The notes below the pieces were generated by a model. It made no database searches. It was not told the DNA's origin and was given only the letters and a program-made list of their open reading frames with translations. Shown piece by piece: positions 28,968 to 37,620 of a stretch of 64,000 nt of DNA (positions are counted from its first letter, which is position 1; the number at the start of each line of letters is the position of its first letter). The DNA lies in contig JAOZGC010000002.1 of the NCBI GenBank assembly GCA_027491915.1, forward strand, positions 416,001-480,000, read 5' to 3'. This stretch comes from Thermoproteota archaeon. Lineage in GTDB: Archaea; Korarchaeota; Korarchaeia; Korarchaeales; Korarchaeaceae. A program made the position numbers and the translations under genes.

Positions 28968-29591
28968 TTGCCGGTGTCGCCGGAGTTGGACTTGGCCGCC
29001 GAGATCCTCTGGGGGGCAGCCGCGGCGGGGCTGGCCTTTCTCGGGATCCTGGTATACCTGGCGATCCACAGGAGGATAGCCGCCAGGGGGGGAGTGGTCC
29101 CCGAGCCCGATCCCCTGCGCAGGCTGGCCCTCAAGCTGGCCGCCTACGCCTCGGTCCTGGTGGCGGTCGGTCAGGGGTGGGACCTGCTGTACGGGTACCT
29201 GACCAGCGTGGTCGGGAGGGTCAGGCTGGAGCCCGTCAGGGTGGCCAGGGTGGACGAGCTCGGGCCCGGTCAGTTCGTCTACTTCACCCTGCCGGTCCAC
29301 CCCGACATGACCCCGGGGGACCACCAGTGCATGCTCATAAGGCTGGAGCCGGAGGAGGCGGCCTCCCTGGGGGAGGAGTTCGTGGCCTACAGCGCGGTCT
29401 GCACCCACCTGGGGTGCATAGTGCAGTACAAGCCTGATCAGGACGACATATACTGCCCGTGCCACGCCGGGATATTCGACCTCTCCGGAAAGAACGTGTC
29501 CGGTCCACCCCCGAGGCCCCTCCCCAGGGTGGAGATAGAGGTCACCGAGGACGGCGAGGTTATCGCCCTGGGGTGGGCGGGGGAGCGTTAA
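28968..29591 (+). CDS. Rieske [2Fe-2S] protein of a Rieske/cytochrome b complex
   Basis: CTHLGC, CPCH, GPPPRPL; two N-terminal hydrophobic helices. Confidence 0.92.
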   Translation: MPVSPELDLAAEILWGAAAAGLAFLGILVYLAIHRRIAARGGVVPEPDPLRRLALKLAAYASVLVAVGQGWDLLYGYLTSVVGRVRLEPVRVARVDELGPGQFVYFTLPVHPDMTPGDHQCMLIRLEPEEAASLGEEFVAYSAVCTHLGCIVQYKPDQDDIYCPCHAGIFDLSGKNVSGPPPRPLPRVEIEVTEDGEVIALGWAGER

Positions 29592-29630
29592 GTTTTTTGC
29601 CTGCCTCCCCTCCGGGGCCCGGCGATCGCC

Positions 29631-29870
29631 ATGGGGAAGATCCGGGTCACCATAGACCGGGACTCCTGCATATCCGACTTCGCCTGCGTCGCCGTATGCC
29701 CCGACGTCTTCGAGATGGCCGACGACGGGAAGAGCGCCATAACCGAGCAGTACAGGGTGGGCGGGGATCTGGGGGTCGGGGAGGTCCCCGACGACCTGGA
29801 GGACTGCGTGAACCAGGCCGTGGACATATGCCCGGTCAAGATCATAAAGGCCGAGAAGGTGGGGGGCTGA
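29631..29870 (+). CDS. Single-cluster ferredoxin (CxxDxxCxxxCP...CP)
   Basis: IDRDSCISDFACVAVCPDVF...ICPV. Confidence 0.92.
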   Translation: MGKIRVTIDRDSCISDFACVAVCPDVFEMADDGKSAITEQYRVGGDLGVGEVPDDLEDCVNQAVDICPVKIIKAEKVGG

Positions 29871-29915
29871 GCCCCTCCCCTCCCATCTTTTGACGGTCGC
29901 GGCGGGGGAGTCCGG

Positions 29916-31304
29916 GTGCCCGGTCGGAGGGGTACCCTGGGTCCCTGGCTCAGGACCCACTCCATATGCAAGATACCCGCGCACTCCCTCGGCCCACTGA
30001 ACGGTCTTGGGGGCCTGGCGGCCCTGATGCTCGGCGTGGAGGCGCTGACCGGGATCCTCCTCTCCCTCTTCTACGTCCCCAGGTTCGGCGGGGAGAACCT
30101 GGCCTACCGGAGCATAGTGGCGATTACCAGCGAGGTGAGGTACGGGCTCCTCCTGAGGTCCGTCCACTACCACGCCGGCAACCTGATGCTGCTGCTGTCG
30201 GTGGCCCACTTCCTGAAGACCTACATCCTGGGGAACTACGCCCAGCCCAAGGGGCTCTCCCACCTGCTGGGGGTGGCGACCGGGCTGACCGCCGTGGCCG
30301 CGGCCGTGACGGGCTACTCCATGAGGGCCGACTACGTGGGGGTGGAGGCCATACTGATAGGCCAGAACCTGGTCAAGGCCCTGCCCATGGGCGGGCTGAT
30401 CTTCAGGGCGATCTACGGGACGGGGGGGATGGACGACTCGCTCCTCAGGTACAACGCTCTGCACTTCACCCTGGGGGGCCTCCTCTTCCTGGAGCTTCTC
30501 CTCCACGTCTGGTTCAGCCACAGGCACCACGCCGCCCCCCCGGCCGACGGGTCCAGGCCCAGGCCCCTGATGCCGGTGTGGCCCAACTTCTTCCTCTCCG
30601 TCTCCTCGGGCGCCCTGATGGCCGTCGGGGCCCTCTTGGTGTTATCCTCCCTCTTCCCCCCCGGCCTGGCCGAGCCATACGTCCCCGGGACCGCGATACC
30701 GCCGGGAGTCCCGGAGTGGTTCATGGTGGCGGACTACACCCTAATCAAGAGCGGGATCCACCCCGGATTCGCCGGTGTGTTCGTCCCGCTGGCGGCCGTC
30801 GCCCCGATAGCCCTGATGCCGTGGATAGAGGGGACCGGGGACCGGGACCGGAGGATAGGGAAGAGGAGGTTCGCGGCGGCCTACCTGGCCGCCTTCATGT
30901 CCGTGTTCGCAGTCTTCACGGTCTGGGGGTACCTCACCGTCGGGGAGCAGGTCTCCCTGGAGGCCGAGCTGGCGGTCGGCGCGGCCGCCGCGGCCGTCCC
31001 CGCCGCCGCGGTCCTCTGGCTCACGAGGGTCCCCAGGGTCAGGTGGCCCGCCCGCCCGGGCACCGCCCCCGGGGACCGCGCCCCCCGGGACCGCCTCGCC
31101 GCCCTCGGTTCCGGCATACTGTCGTCGGCCGGGAAGATCTGCTGGACGGCGCTGGCGGGGCAGGTCGCGATAGCCTACCTGGGGTGGTCCCTGTCCCAGC
31201 GCGGGGAGTGGCTCTGGGCCGGGGCCTCCCTCGGCGCCTCCCTGATGCTGGCCGGGCTCACGGTCCTGGTGGCCAAGGCGGCGACCCTGGACTCCCCGGT
31301 GTGA
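29916..31304 (+). CDS. Cytochrome b (unsplit) of a Rieske/cytochrome b complex
   Basis: His pairs RSVH..H and LH..H, TGY, WPNF, PEWF, PWI. Confidence 0.9.
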   Translation: MPGRRGTLGPWLRTHSICKIPAHSLGPLNGLGGLAALMLGVEALTGILLSLFYVPRFGGENLAYRSIVAITSEVRYGLLLRSVHYHAGNLMLLLSVAHFLKTYILGNYAQPKGLSHLLGVATGLTAVAAAVTGYSMRADYVGVEAILIGQNLVKALPMGGLIFRAIYGTGGMDDSLLRYNALHFTLGGLLFLELLLHVWFSHRHHAAPPADGSRPRPLMPVWPNFFLSVSSGALMAVGALLVLSSLFPPGLAEPYVPGTAIPPGVPEWFMVADYTLIKSGIHPGFAGVFVPLAAVAPIALMPWIEGTGDRDRRIGKRRFAAAYLAAFMSVFAVFTVWGYLTVGEQVSLEAELAVGAAAAAVPAAAVLWLTRVPRVRWPARPGTAPGDRAPRDRLAALGSGILSSAGKICWTALAGQVAIAYLGWSLSQRGEWLWAGASLGASLMLAGLTVLVAKAATLDSPV

Positions 31305-31369
31305 GCCCGGACGTGTTTTCCATTATTGGTAACGTGCCCGAGAAAAGATAACGTTTAATTAAACTTCCG

Positions 31370-32617
31370 GTGGGCGCCCCGGCGAAATTGCTCGGATTTG
31401 CGTCTCCACCGGCCGCGGCCGCCGGCGGGTTGGTTACCCCCGCGCCGGTGCTGGTCCTCGCTTCTGTGGGGTTCTCCACCCTCCTCTCGAGGCTGCTGAC
31501 CACGCTGCCCCGCCTCACGTCCGGCCCGGGCCGGAGGCGCGCTGTGCTCGGCCCGGCCGTCGGGCTGGCCGCGCTGGTCGCCTCGTCGGCAGCCTTCCTC
31601 TGGGGGCTGGTGTCCCCGCCGTCGGGCCCGGCTTTGACGCTGGTCACACTGATCCTGGCGGTCGCGGGTCACCGGATGGCGTCTGGGGGGGTGCGATCCC
31701 GGCCCGGGGGCCGGTCCACCCGGATCGCGGCCGCCGCATGCGTCGCCTGCGCCCTGGGGACGGCCGCCTGGTCTTCCTGGTGCGGACTCCGGGCCGGGCG
31801 GCCGTCTTGGGACGCTGTAGACCTGGCCCTCGGCCTCGCGGCGCTCGCCCTGGCGGCGGCCGAGTCTACCCACGCGATCCGGGCCTCTCTCGGGGTTGGC
31901 AGCCCCATGGAGAGCCTCTTCCTCTCCTCCTCTTCCCTCCTGCCCGTCTACTCCCTCTCCCTCCTGATCCCGTGCGGTTCGGCCTCACCCTCCCCGACCT
32001 GTCCAGATCCGGCCGGTCTGGTGGCCCCCCTGACCTTCTTCATCGCGTCCGGGATCGGGCTGGTCGCGGCCCCGGCGGAGCCGGCGGCCCCGCCCGCCGA
32101 GGTCGGGTTCATCCCGGATTCTGGGATCCTGCTCGAGGTGGATCCCACCCCGGCCGGGGTGATGTCCGCCGTCGCCTACATAAGGAGGGCGAGCCGGCTG
32201 GTCGGGGGCCCCCTGGTCCTCATATCCAGGAGGACCTCCCCTCTGCTCAGGTTCCTGTCCGACGAGCCGGGCGTGGACCTGCTGATAGAGGTGTCCCCGG
32301 GGGTCTCCTACTCCCGATCTGGGGGCGGGATCTCCTCCCCTCCCGACGCCCCCTCAATATCCAAGGCGGTCAGGGACGCGGAGGAGAGGCTGGGCGGGGA
32401 CCGGGGGCTCCTCGTCGTCGACTCCATGACCGACCTGATATTCCTCTCCGGGGTGGAGGAGGCCTACAAGATAGCCAGGGGGGTATCCGAGGTCATTTCC
32501 GACAGCGGGTGGCGCGGTATCTTCCTTCTGACCCGGGGCGCCCACCCCCCTCAGGTGCCCAACCTCCTGAGGGGCCTGCTCTGGCCCTCTTGGGAGATCC
32601 GGGGTCCCGAGGGTTAG
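31370..32617 (+). CDS. Multi-TM protein with C-terminal DUF835-like domain (paralog of 15119-16423)
   Basis: TMs followed by LLVVDSMTDLI..GVEEAYK..GAH; exact start uncertain. Confidence 0.6.
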   Translation: MGAPAKLLGFASPPAAAAGGLVTPAPVLVLASVGFSTLLSRLLTTLPRLTSGPGRRRAVLGPAVGLAALVASSAAFLWGLVSPPSGPALTLVTLILAVAGHRMASGGVRSRPGGRSTRIAAAACVACALGTAAWSSWCGLRAGRPSWDAVDLALGLAALALAAAESTHAIRASLGVGSPMESLFLSSSSLLPVYSLSLLIPCGSASPSPTCPDPAGLVAPLTFFIASGIGLVAAPAEPAAPPAEVGFIPDSGILLEVDPTPAGVMSAVAYIRRASRLVGGPLVLISRRTSPLLRFLSDEPGVDLLIEVSPGVSYSRSGGGISSPPDAPSISKAVRDAEERLGGDRGLLVVDSMTDLIFLSGVEEAYKIARGVSEVISDSGWRGIFLLTRGAHPPQVPNLLRGLLWPSWEIRGPEG

Positions 32618-32627
32618 CCGGGGCGGC

Positions 32628-33407
32628 CTATATCCTGCCGGATATCCTGGCCCTCAGGACCTCCCTCTTGAGCTCCGCTATCAACTCCCCCGGGTTTATG
32701 TGCTTCGGGCAAACCTCGGAGCAGGCGTGGGCCTGGTGGCACCTCCAAACCCCGGCGCAGTCGTCGTCCGCGATCACCAGCCTTAGGGGCTTGACCGAGG
32801 GGTCCTCCCTCGAGTCCACCTCGAACCTGAACAGCTGGCCCAGGGCGGCCGGCCCCAGGTAGTAGGGGTTGGAGTAGGCCGCCGGGCAGGCGCTGTAGCA
32901 CGCCGCGCACCATATGCAGTCCGAGGCGACCCTGTACCTCTCGAACTCCTCCGGCGGGACCCTGATGTTCTCTGAGTCGCTCCTCGGGATCAGGTAGGGC
33001 ATCGAGGCCTTCATCTTGTCGAGGAAGGGTTCCACGTCCACCACCAGGTCCTTTATCACCGGGAGGTGGGGCAGGGGCTCCATGGTCACGGTTCGGCCCA
33101 CCTCGGCCACCTGGGTCTCGCAGGCGAGCCTCTCCCTCCCGTTTATGAGCATGGCGCAGGATCCGCATATCTTCTGCCTGCAGGAATACCTGAGGGACAG
33201 GGTCTGGTCTACCTCCCTGAGTATGTGGAGGAGGCCGTCCAGCACCGTCATGCCCGGCCTGTAGGGGACCTCGTACTCCTGATAGTAGGGGCCGACGCCC
33301 GACTCCGGGTCGTACCTCCTGACCCGGAAGACGACCGTCTCCCCGCTGCCGCCGGCGGGGACCCCTGCCCCTCCGCCCTCTCCCTCCACCCTCAACGGTC
33401 CCGTCAC
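32628..33407 (-). CDS. sdhB: Succinate dehydrogenase/fumarate reductase Fe-S subunit
   Basis: SCRQKICGSC, LAC, CIWCAACYSACP, CHQAHACSEVCP; GTG start inferred. Confidence 0.93.
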   Translation of the reverse strand: MTGPLRVEGEGGGAGVPAGGSGETVVFRVRRYDPESGVGPYYQEYEVPYRPGMTVLDGLLHILREVDQTLSLRYSCRQKICGSCAMLINGRERLACETQVAEVGRTVTMEPLPHLPVIKDLVVDVEPFLDKMKASMPYLIPRSDSENIRVPPEEFERYRVASDCIWCAACYSACPAAYSNPYYLGPAALGQLFRFEVDSREDPSVKPLRLVIADDDCAGVWRCHQAHACSEVCPKHINPGELIAELKREVLRARISGRI

Positions 33408-33418
33408 CTCCCCTCCCC

Positions 33419-35128
33419 TCAGTACTTCCTCTCCCTCGGCGGCCACCTGGTGATCACCACCGGTCTGTACTCCAGGACCGGGCCGTCCGGCGTGAACCTG
33501 GCCAGCGTGTGCTTGAGCCAATTTTCGTCGTCCCTCCTGGGGTAGTCGGTCCTGTAGTGGGCGCCCCTGCTCTCCCTCCTGGCCAGGGCCCCGGAGGCCA
33601 CCGCCAGGGCCACGTCTATCATTCCCCCGGTGGCCAGGGCGTCGTACAGGGCCACGTTGAAGGTCTTCCCGCCGCTCCGGACCCCGGCCCCCTCCCAGTA
33701 CCTCTTCCTTATGGACTTCAGCTCCGCCACGGCCGCCGACAGGCCCTCCTCGTCCCTGAATATGCCGACCTTCTCCCACATGACCCTCTGCATCTCGGCC
33801 CGGAGGTGGTAGGGGTTCTCGGCCCGCTCCTCACCGCCCCTCTCCACCAGCCTCCCGATCCAGGCCTCGACCTCCCTCTCCGCCTCCTCGAACGGTCCGG
33901 AGGGGGGGTCCGAGGCCGAGGCGGCGTCCGAGGAGGCGGACTCCCCGGCCCTCTTCCCGAAGACGACGCACTCCAGCAGGGAGTTCCCCCCCAACCTGTT
34001 CGCCCCGTGGACGCTCACGCAGGCGCACTCCCCGGCCGCGTAAAGGCCCGGGACCTCGGTCCTCCCGTGCTTGTCGGTGTCTATCCCGCCCATGGTGTAG
34101 TGGTGCCCCGGCTGGACGGGGATGGGCTCGTATCTGGCGTCGACCCCGGCGAACTTCAGGGCGAGCTCCCATATCTGGGGGAGCCTCTCCATGATCCTGT
34201 CCTCTCCGAGTCCGGTTATGTCCAGGTGGACGTACTCCCCCTCGAACCCCCTCCCCTCCAGCACCTCCCTGTATATCGACCTGGCCACTATGTCCCTGGG
34301 GGCCAGCTCCATCTTCTCCGGGGCGTACCTGGCCATGAACCTCTCCCCCCTGTTGTTGAGCAGCACCCCTCCCTCCCCCCTGGCCGCCTCGCTGATGAGT
34401 ATGTTCGTCCCGTACAGCGTGGTCGGGTGGAACTGGATGAACTCCATGTCCTCCAGCGGGGCGCCGGCCCAGTAGGCCAGGGCCATTCCGAACCCGGTGC
34501 TGTGGTGGGAGTTGGTGGTCCTGGCGTATATCCTGCCCGCGCCCCCGGTCGCCATGACCACCGCCCTCGCGGCGTAGGACTCCAGCTCCCCGGTCCTGAG
34601 GTTCATGGCGACGACGCCCACCACCCTCTCCCCTTCCTTGACCAGCTTCAGGGCCACCCTCTCGTCGTAGAAGGTGATCCCCAGCCTCAGGGACTGCTGG
34701 TATAGGGTGTGCATCACCGCGTGTCCCGTGTGGTCGGCCGCGTAGCACGTCCTCGGGAAGGCCGCGCCGCCGAAGGGCCTCTGGGCTATCCTGCCGTCCT
34801 CGGTCCTGCTGAACGGGACGCCCCACCTGTCGAGCTCCAGAACCCTCTCTATGGCGTCCCGGGCGTACTCCTCCACGGCGTCCTGGTCGGCCAGGTAGTC
34901 AGCCCCCTTTATCGTGTCGAAGGCGTGCCTCTCCCAGCTGTCCGTCGGATCAGCGTTCCCCAGGGCGGCGTTTATCCCGCCCTGGGCCGCGACCGAGTGG
35001 CTCCTCATCGGGTAGACCAGGCTCAGGACGGCCACGTCAGCCCCCGAGAGCTTGGCCTCGACGGCCGCCCTGAGACCCGCCAGGCCTCCCCCGACCACCA
35101 GCACCCCGTGCCTCTCCAAGGGGGCCAC
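33419..35128 (-). CDS. sdhA: Succinate dehydrogenase/fumarate reductase flavoprotein
   Basis: GGGLAG, RSHSVAAQGG, QFHPT, SEAARGEG, HYTMGG, HGANRLGGNSL, ESRGAH. Confidence 0.96.
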   Translation of the reverse strand: MAPLERHGVLVVGGGLAGLRAAVEAKLSGADVAVLSLVYPMRSHSVAAQGGINAALGNADPTDSWERHAFDTIKGADYLADQDAVEEYARDAIERVLELDRWGVPFSRTEDGRIAQRPFGGAAFPRTCYAADHTGHAVMHTLYQQSLRLGITFYDERVALKLVKEGERVVGVVAMNLRTGELESYAARAVVMATGGAGRIYARTTNSHHSTGFGMALAYWAGAPLEDMEFIQFHPTTLYGTNILISEAARGEGGVLLNNRGERFMARYAPEKMELAPRDIVARSIYREVLEGRGFEGEYVHLDITGLGEDRIMERLPQIWELALKFAGVDARYEPIPVQPGHHYTMGGIDTDKHGRTEVPGLYAAGECACVSVHGANRLGGNSLLECVVFGKRAGESASSDAASASDPPSGPFEEAEREVEAWIGRLVERGGEERAENPYHLRAEMQRVMWEKVGIFRDEEGLSAAVAELKSIRKRYWEGAGVRSGGKTFNVALYDALATGGMIDVALAVASGALARRESRGAHYRTDYPRRDDENWLKHTLARFTPDGPVLEYRPVVITRWPPRERKY

Positions 35129-35129
35129 C

Positions 35130-35555
35130 TCACAGGCCTATCACCCAGGCCCAGTATATCAGGAAGCCCACGGTCGACAGGACGACCGCCCAGAACAGCC
35201 TATCCTCGTTCCTGGCGGCCCACGGGGAGAGCTCTATGGCCAGCACCCTCAGGCCGTTCAGGGCGTGGTAGACGCCGGAGAAGACCACCAGGTCGTCCGT
35301 CAGGAGGGTCCCGAAGGGAAAGGCGTACCCGAAGTGGTTGGCCAGCACGTGGATCAGGGTCCCCACTACCAGGATCACGGCCGTCACCCTGTGGAGGACC
35401 CAGGCCCACATCCCCCACCCCCTCCTCCGGGCGTGGGTTATCCAGTGCACCACGTTACCGGGCCCGGCCGCCGGGTTGTAGTGTCCGGGCCTCCTCTCCC
35501 GCTGGTCCTCTCCCTCTCCCTCGCCCGGCATCCCCATCGCCCGGCCGGGGCCCAT
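35130..35555 (-). CDS. sdhC: Succinate dehydrogenase cytochrome b anchor subunit
   Basis: WVLHRVTA, IH, YHALNGLR; about 3 TMs. Confidence 0.85.
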   Translation of the reverse strand: MGPGRAMGMPGEGEGEDQRERRPGHYNPAAGPGNVVHWITHARRRGWGMWAWVLHRVTAVILVVGTLIHVLANHFGYAFPFGTLLTDDLVVFSGVYHALNGLRVLAIELSPWAARNEDRLFWAVVLSTVGFLIYWAWVIGL

Positions 35556-35568
35556 TTCTGTAAAAAAG

Positions 35569-36102
35569 TTATCCGACCTCCACCCGGGCGGCCCCGAGCA
35601 GGTCGGAGCACAGGAGGTCCTCTTCTCCGGGCCCGTAGACCCTCAGCCTCACACCTCCGACCACCCAGGTCCCGCCGCCGGAGAGGCAGTAGACGCCGAA
35701 CAGCGTGCCCGGGTCGTCCACAATATCTTCCACCTCCTCCGGGCTCCCGGCGGCGATCAGCCCGAGCGAGCCTCCGAGGAGGCCGACCTCCGACTTGAAC
35801 CCCTCAACGACCACCGCCTCGGCCCCCAGGGACTCGGCCAGCCCGACGGCCCTCCCGAGGTCCAGTCCCTCTCCCAGGACTATTCTGGTTACTCCCTCGG
35901 AGGTCAGCACCACCCCGGCGGCCCCGGCCGCCGCCATCCTCCAACCGTCCTTCCCCTCGGGCTCCCTCAGGTCCTCCGGGTGGGAGGAGTGCTTCACGCC
36001 GAAGACCCTCAACCCCCTGGCCGAGAGGCACCGCACGACCGCCTCGGCCGCCCTAGTCTTGCCCCTTCCGCTCCACCCGAACACGTGGACGAGGAGCGCC
36101 AT
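35569..36102 (-). CDS. mobB: Molybdopterin-guanine dinucleotide biosynthesis protein B-like
   Basis: GWSGRGKT, VKH, EGKD, VVEGFK. Confidence 0.85.
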   Translation of the reverse strand: MALLVHVFGWSGRGKTRAAEAVVRCLSARGLRVFGVKHSSHPEDLREPEGKDGWRMAAAGAAGVVLTSEGVTRIVLGEGLDLGRAVGLAESLGAEAVVVEGFKSEVGLLGGSLGLIAAGSPEEVEDIVDDPGTLFGVYCLSGGGTWVVGGVRLRVYGPGEEDLLCSDLLGAARVEVG

Positions 36103-36396
36103 CTACTCCCCGCCCCTCCTCCTGTCTATTATCCTCCTTATCAGGTCGAGCGTGGCCCTCATCTGGTACCCCCCGCCGGCCCTTTCCATCTCCTCCCTGA
36201 CGGCCCTGGCCGCCTCGGCGAAGTCAAAACCCCCGAGGCCGTCTCTCAGCTCCCCCTCCAACTCTATCGCGTCGGAGACCCGCCCCTCCATCAGCGCGTC
36301 CACCCAGTCCTCCAGGTCGTCGAGGTGCGACTCGTCGCAGTACGAGGCGGCCACTATGAGCCTCCTGAGGTAGAACTCCGTGTCCCTGCGGGGCAA
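36103..36396 (-). CDS. Hypothetical protein
   Basis: Host-like codon usage; abuts mobB. Confidence 0.6.
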   Translation of the reverse strand: MPRRDTEFYLRRLIVAASYCDESHLDDLEDWVDALMEGRVSDAIELEGELRDGLGGFDFAEAARAVREEMERAGGGYQMRATLDLIRRIIDRRRGGE

Positions 36397-36454
36397 GGTC
36401 CCTCCCGGCGCCGGAGGCAGGAAGATCTTAAGTTTCTCGGAGGCGGCGCGGGCC

Positions 36455-36901
36455 TCAGTCCCACTCGGGCCCCTCCGAGTCGCAGGGGGATCCCGTCAGG
36501 AATATCTCCACGATCTCCCCCGCGTCCCTGGCGTAGACCCCATAATCCCCGTCCTGAGTTTCCCTCAGGGCGAAAACCGTGACGGTGCAACCGGATTCAT
36601 CCTCCAGCTCAACCTCGCACGTCCACTCCTCTTCCCCGTACTCGTCCTCCGGCTCCCCCTCGTAGAGGGGCACCCTGACCGTGGAGGCCACCCACTCCCC
36701 GCACTCGAACAGGATCGCCGTGGCGCCCACGAACCTGGCGATGGGGGTCAGGAGCCTCCTTAGGATCGACCTCCTCTCCTCTGGAGACAACCTGGCGAAC
36801 TCCCCCGGATCTTCGGCCACCTCGACGATGAACCTGTCCCAGGCGGCCCCCACTTCCTCCAGCTCCAAGCTCCTCCTCAGTCCCGGGGGAGCCGGACCCA
36901 A
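36455..36901 (-). CDS. Hypothetical acidic protein
   Basis: Host-like codon usage; Glu-rich; fills the gap between neighbours. Confidence 0.55.
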   Translation of the reverse strand: MGPAPPGLRRSLELEEVGAAWDRFIVEVAEDPGEFARLSPEERRSILRRLLTPIARFVGATAILFECGEWVASTVRVPLYEGEPEDEYGEEEWTCEVELEDESGCTVTVFALRETQDGDYGVYARDAGEIVEIFLTGSPCDSEGPEWD

Positions 36902-36921
36902 GTGATAATGTTTTCCCGCCG

Positions 36922-37575
36922 CTACGGCCTCACCAGCCGCGCGGAGGGATCCCCTCCCCCCCAGTGGATCACGGCGGCCTGGAGCCTGTAGGCCGGCCCC
37001 GGGTTGACCGCCAGGGTCTCGCCGAGCCTCTCGATACCCCTGGCCTCGTGTATGTGGCCGCAGACGCAGAGCCGGGGTCTCCTCTCCAGCAGGAACCTCG
37101 CCACCTCGGCCGACCCGCCGTGCCCCCCTCCGGGCAGGAGATCCAACCTGGACGGCCTCGGAGGGCTGTGCGTCAGGAGGACGTCTACTTCCCCCAGTCG
37201 GGACAGGATCTCGGCCACCTTCCCCTCGGGAATCTCGTTCGGCGTGCCGTGCGGGGTGGGCGTGGAGCCCCCCACCCCTCCGACTCTGAGGCCGGCAGCC
37301 TCCACCACCCTCCCGTGGGCGTTCGCGGCCGAGCCTACGGCCGGCGCGCCCATGAGCTCCGGGGGGTCCATGTTTCCGGGGACCAGGACGACGGGCGCCG
37401 GATCACCATCCAGCACCCTCTCGACCTCCCTCAGCCCCTTACCACAGTTGGATAGGTCGCCGGAGATCAGCAGGAGGTCGTGGTCGAACTCTCTCAGGAT
37501 CCTCCCGAGTCTGTCGGCCCAGCCGTGGACGTCGCTGAGGGCCAGTATCACCAGGTCCCCCATCCCGATCCCCAC
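36922..37575 (-). CDS. Calcineurin-like metallophosphoesterase (Icc-related)
   Basis: SDVHG, GDL, PGNMD, THSPP, GHIHE, NPG. Confidence 0.9.
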   Translation of the reverse strand: MGIGMGDLVILALSDVHGWADRLGRILREFDHDLLLISGDLSNCGKGLREVERVLDGDPAPVVLVPGNMDPPELMGAPAVGSAANAHGRVVEAAGLRVGGVGGSTPTPHGTPNEIPEGKVAEILSRLGEVDVLLTHSPPRPSRLDLLPGGGHGGSAEVARFLLERRPRLCVCGHIHEARGIERLGETLAVNPGPAYRLQAAVIHWGGGDPSARLVRP

Positions 37576-37620
37576 GGGATCCCGAAACCACTATTATTGT
37601 ATTTTTCCCCCGGTGGGCCC

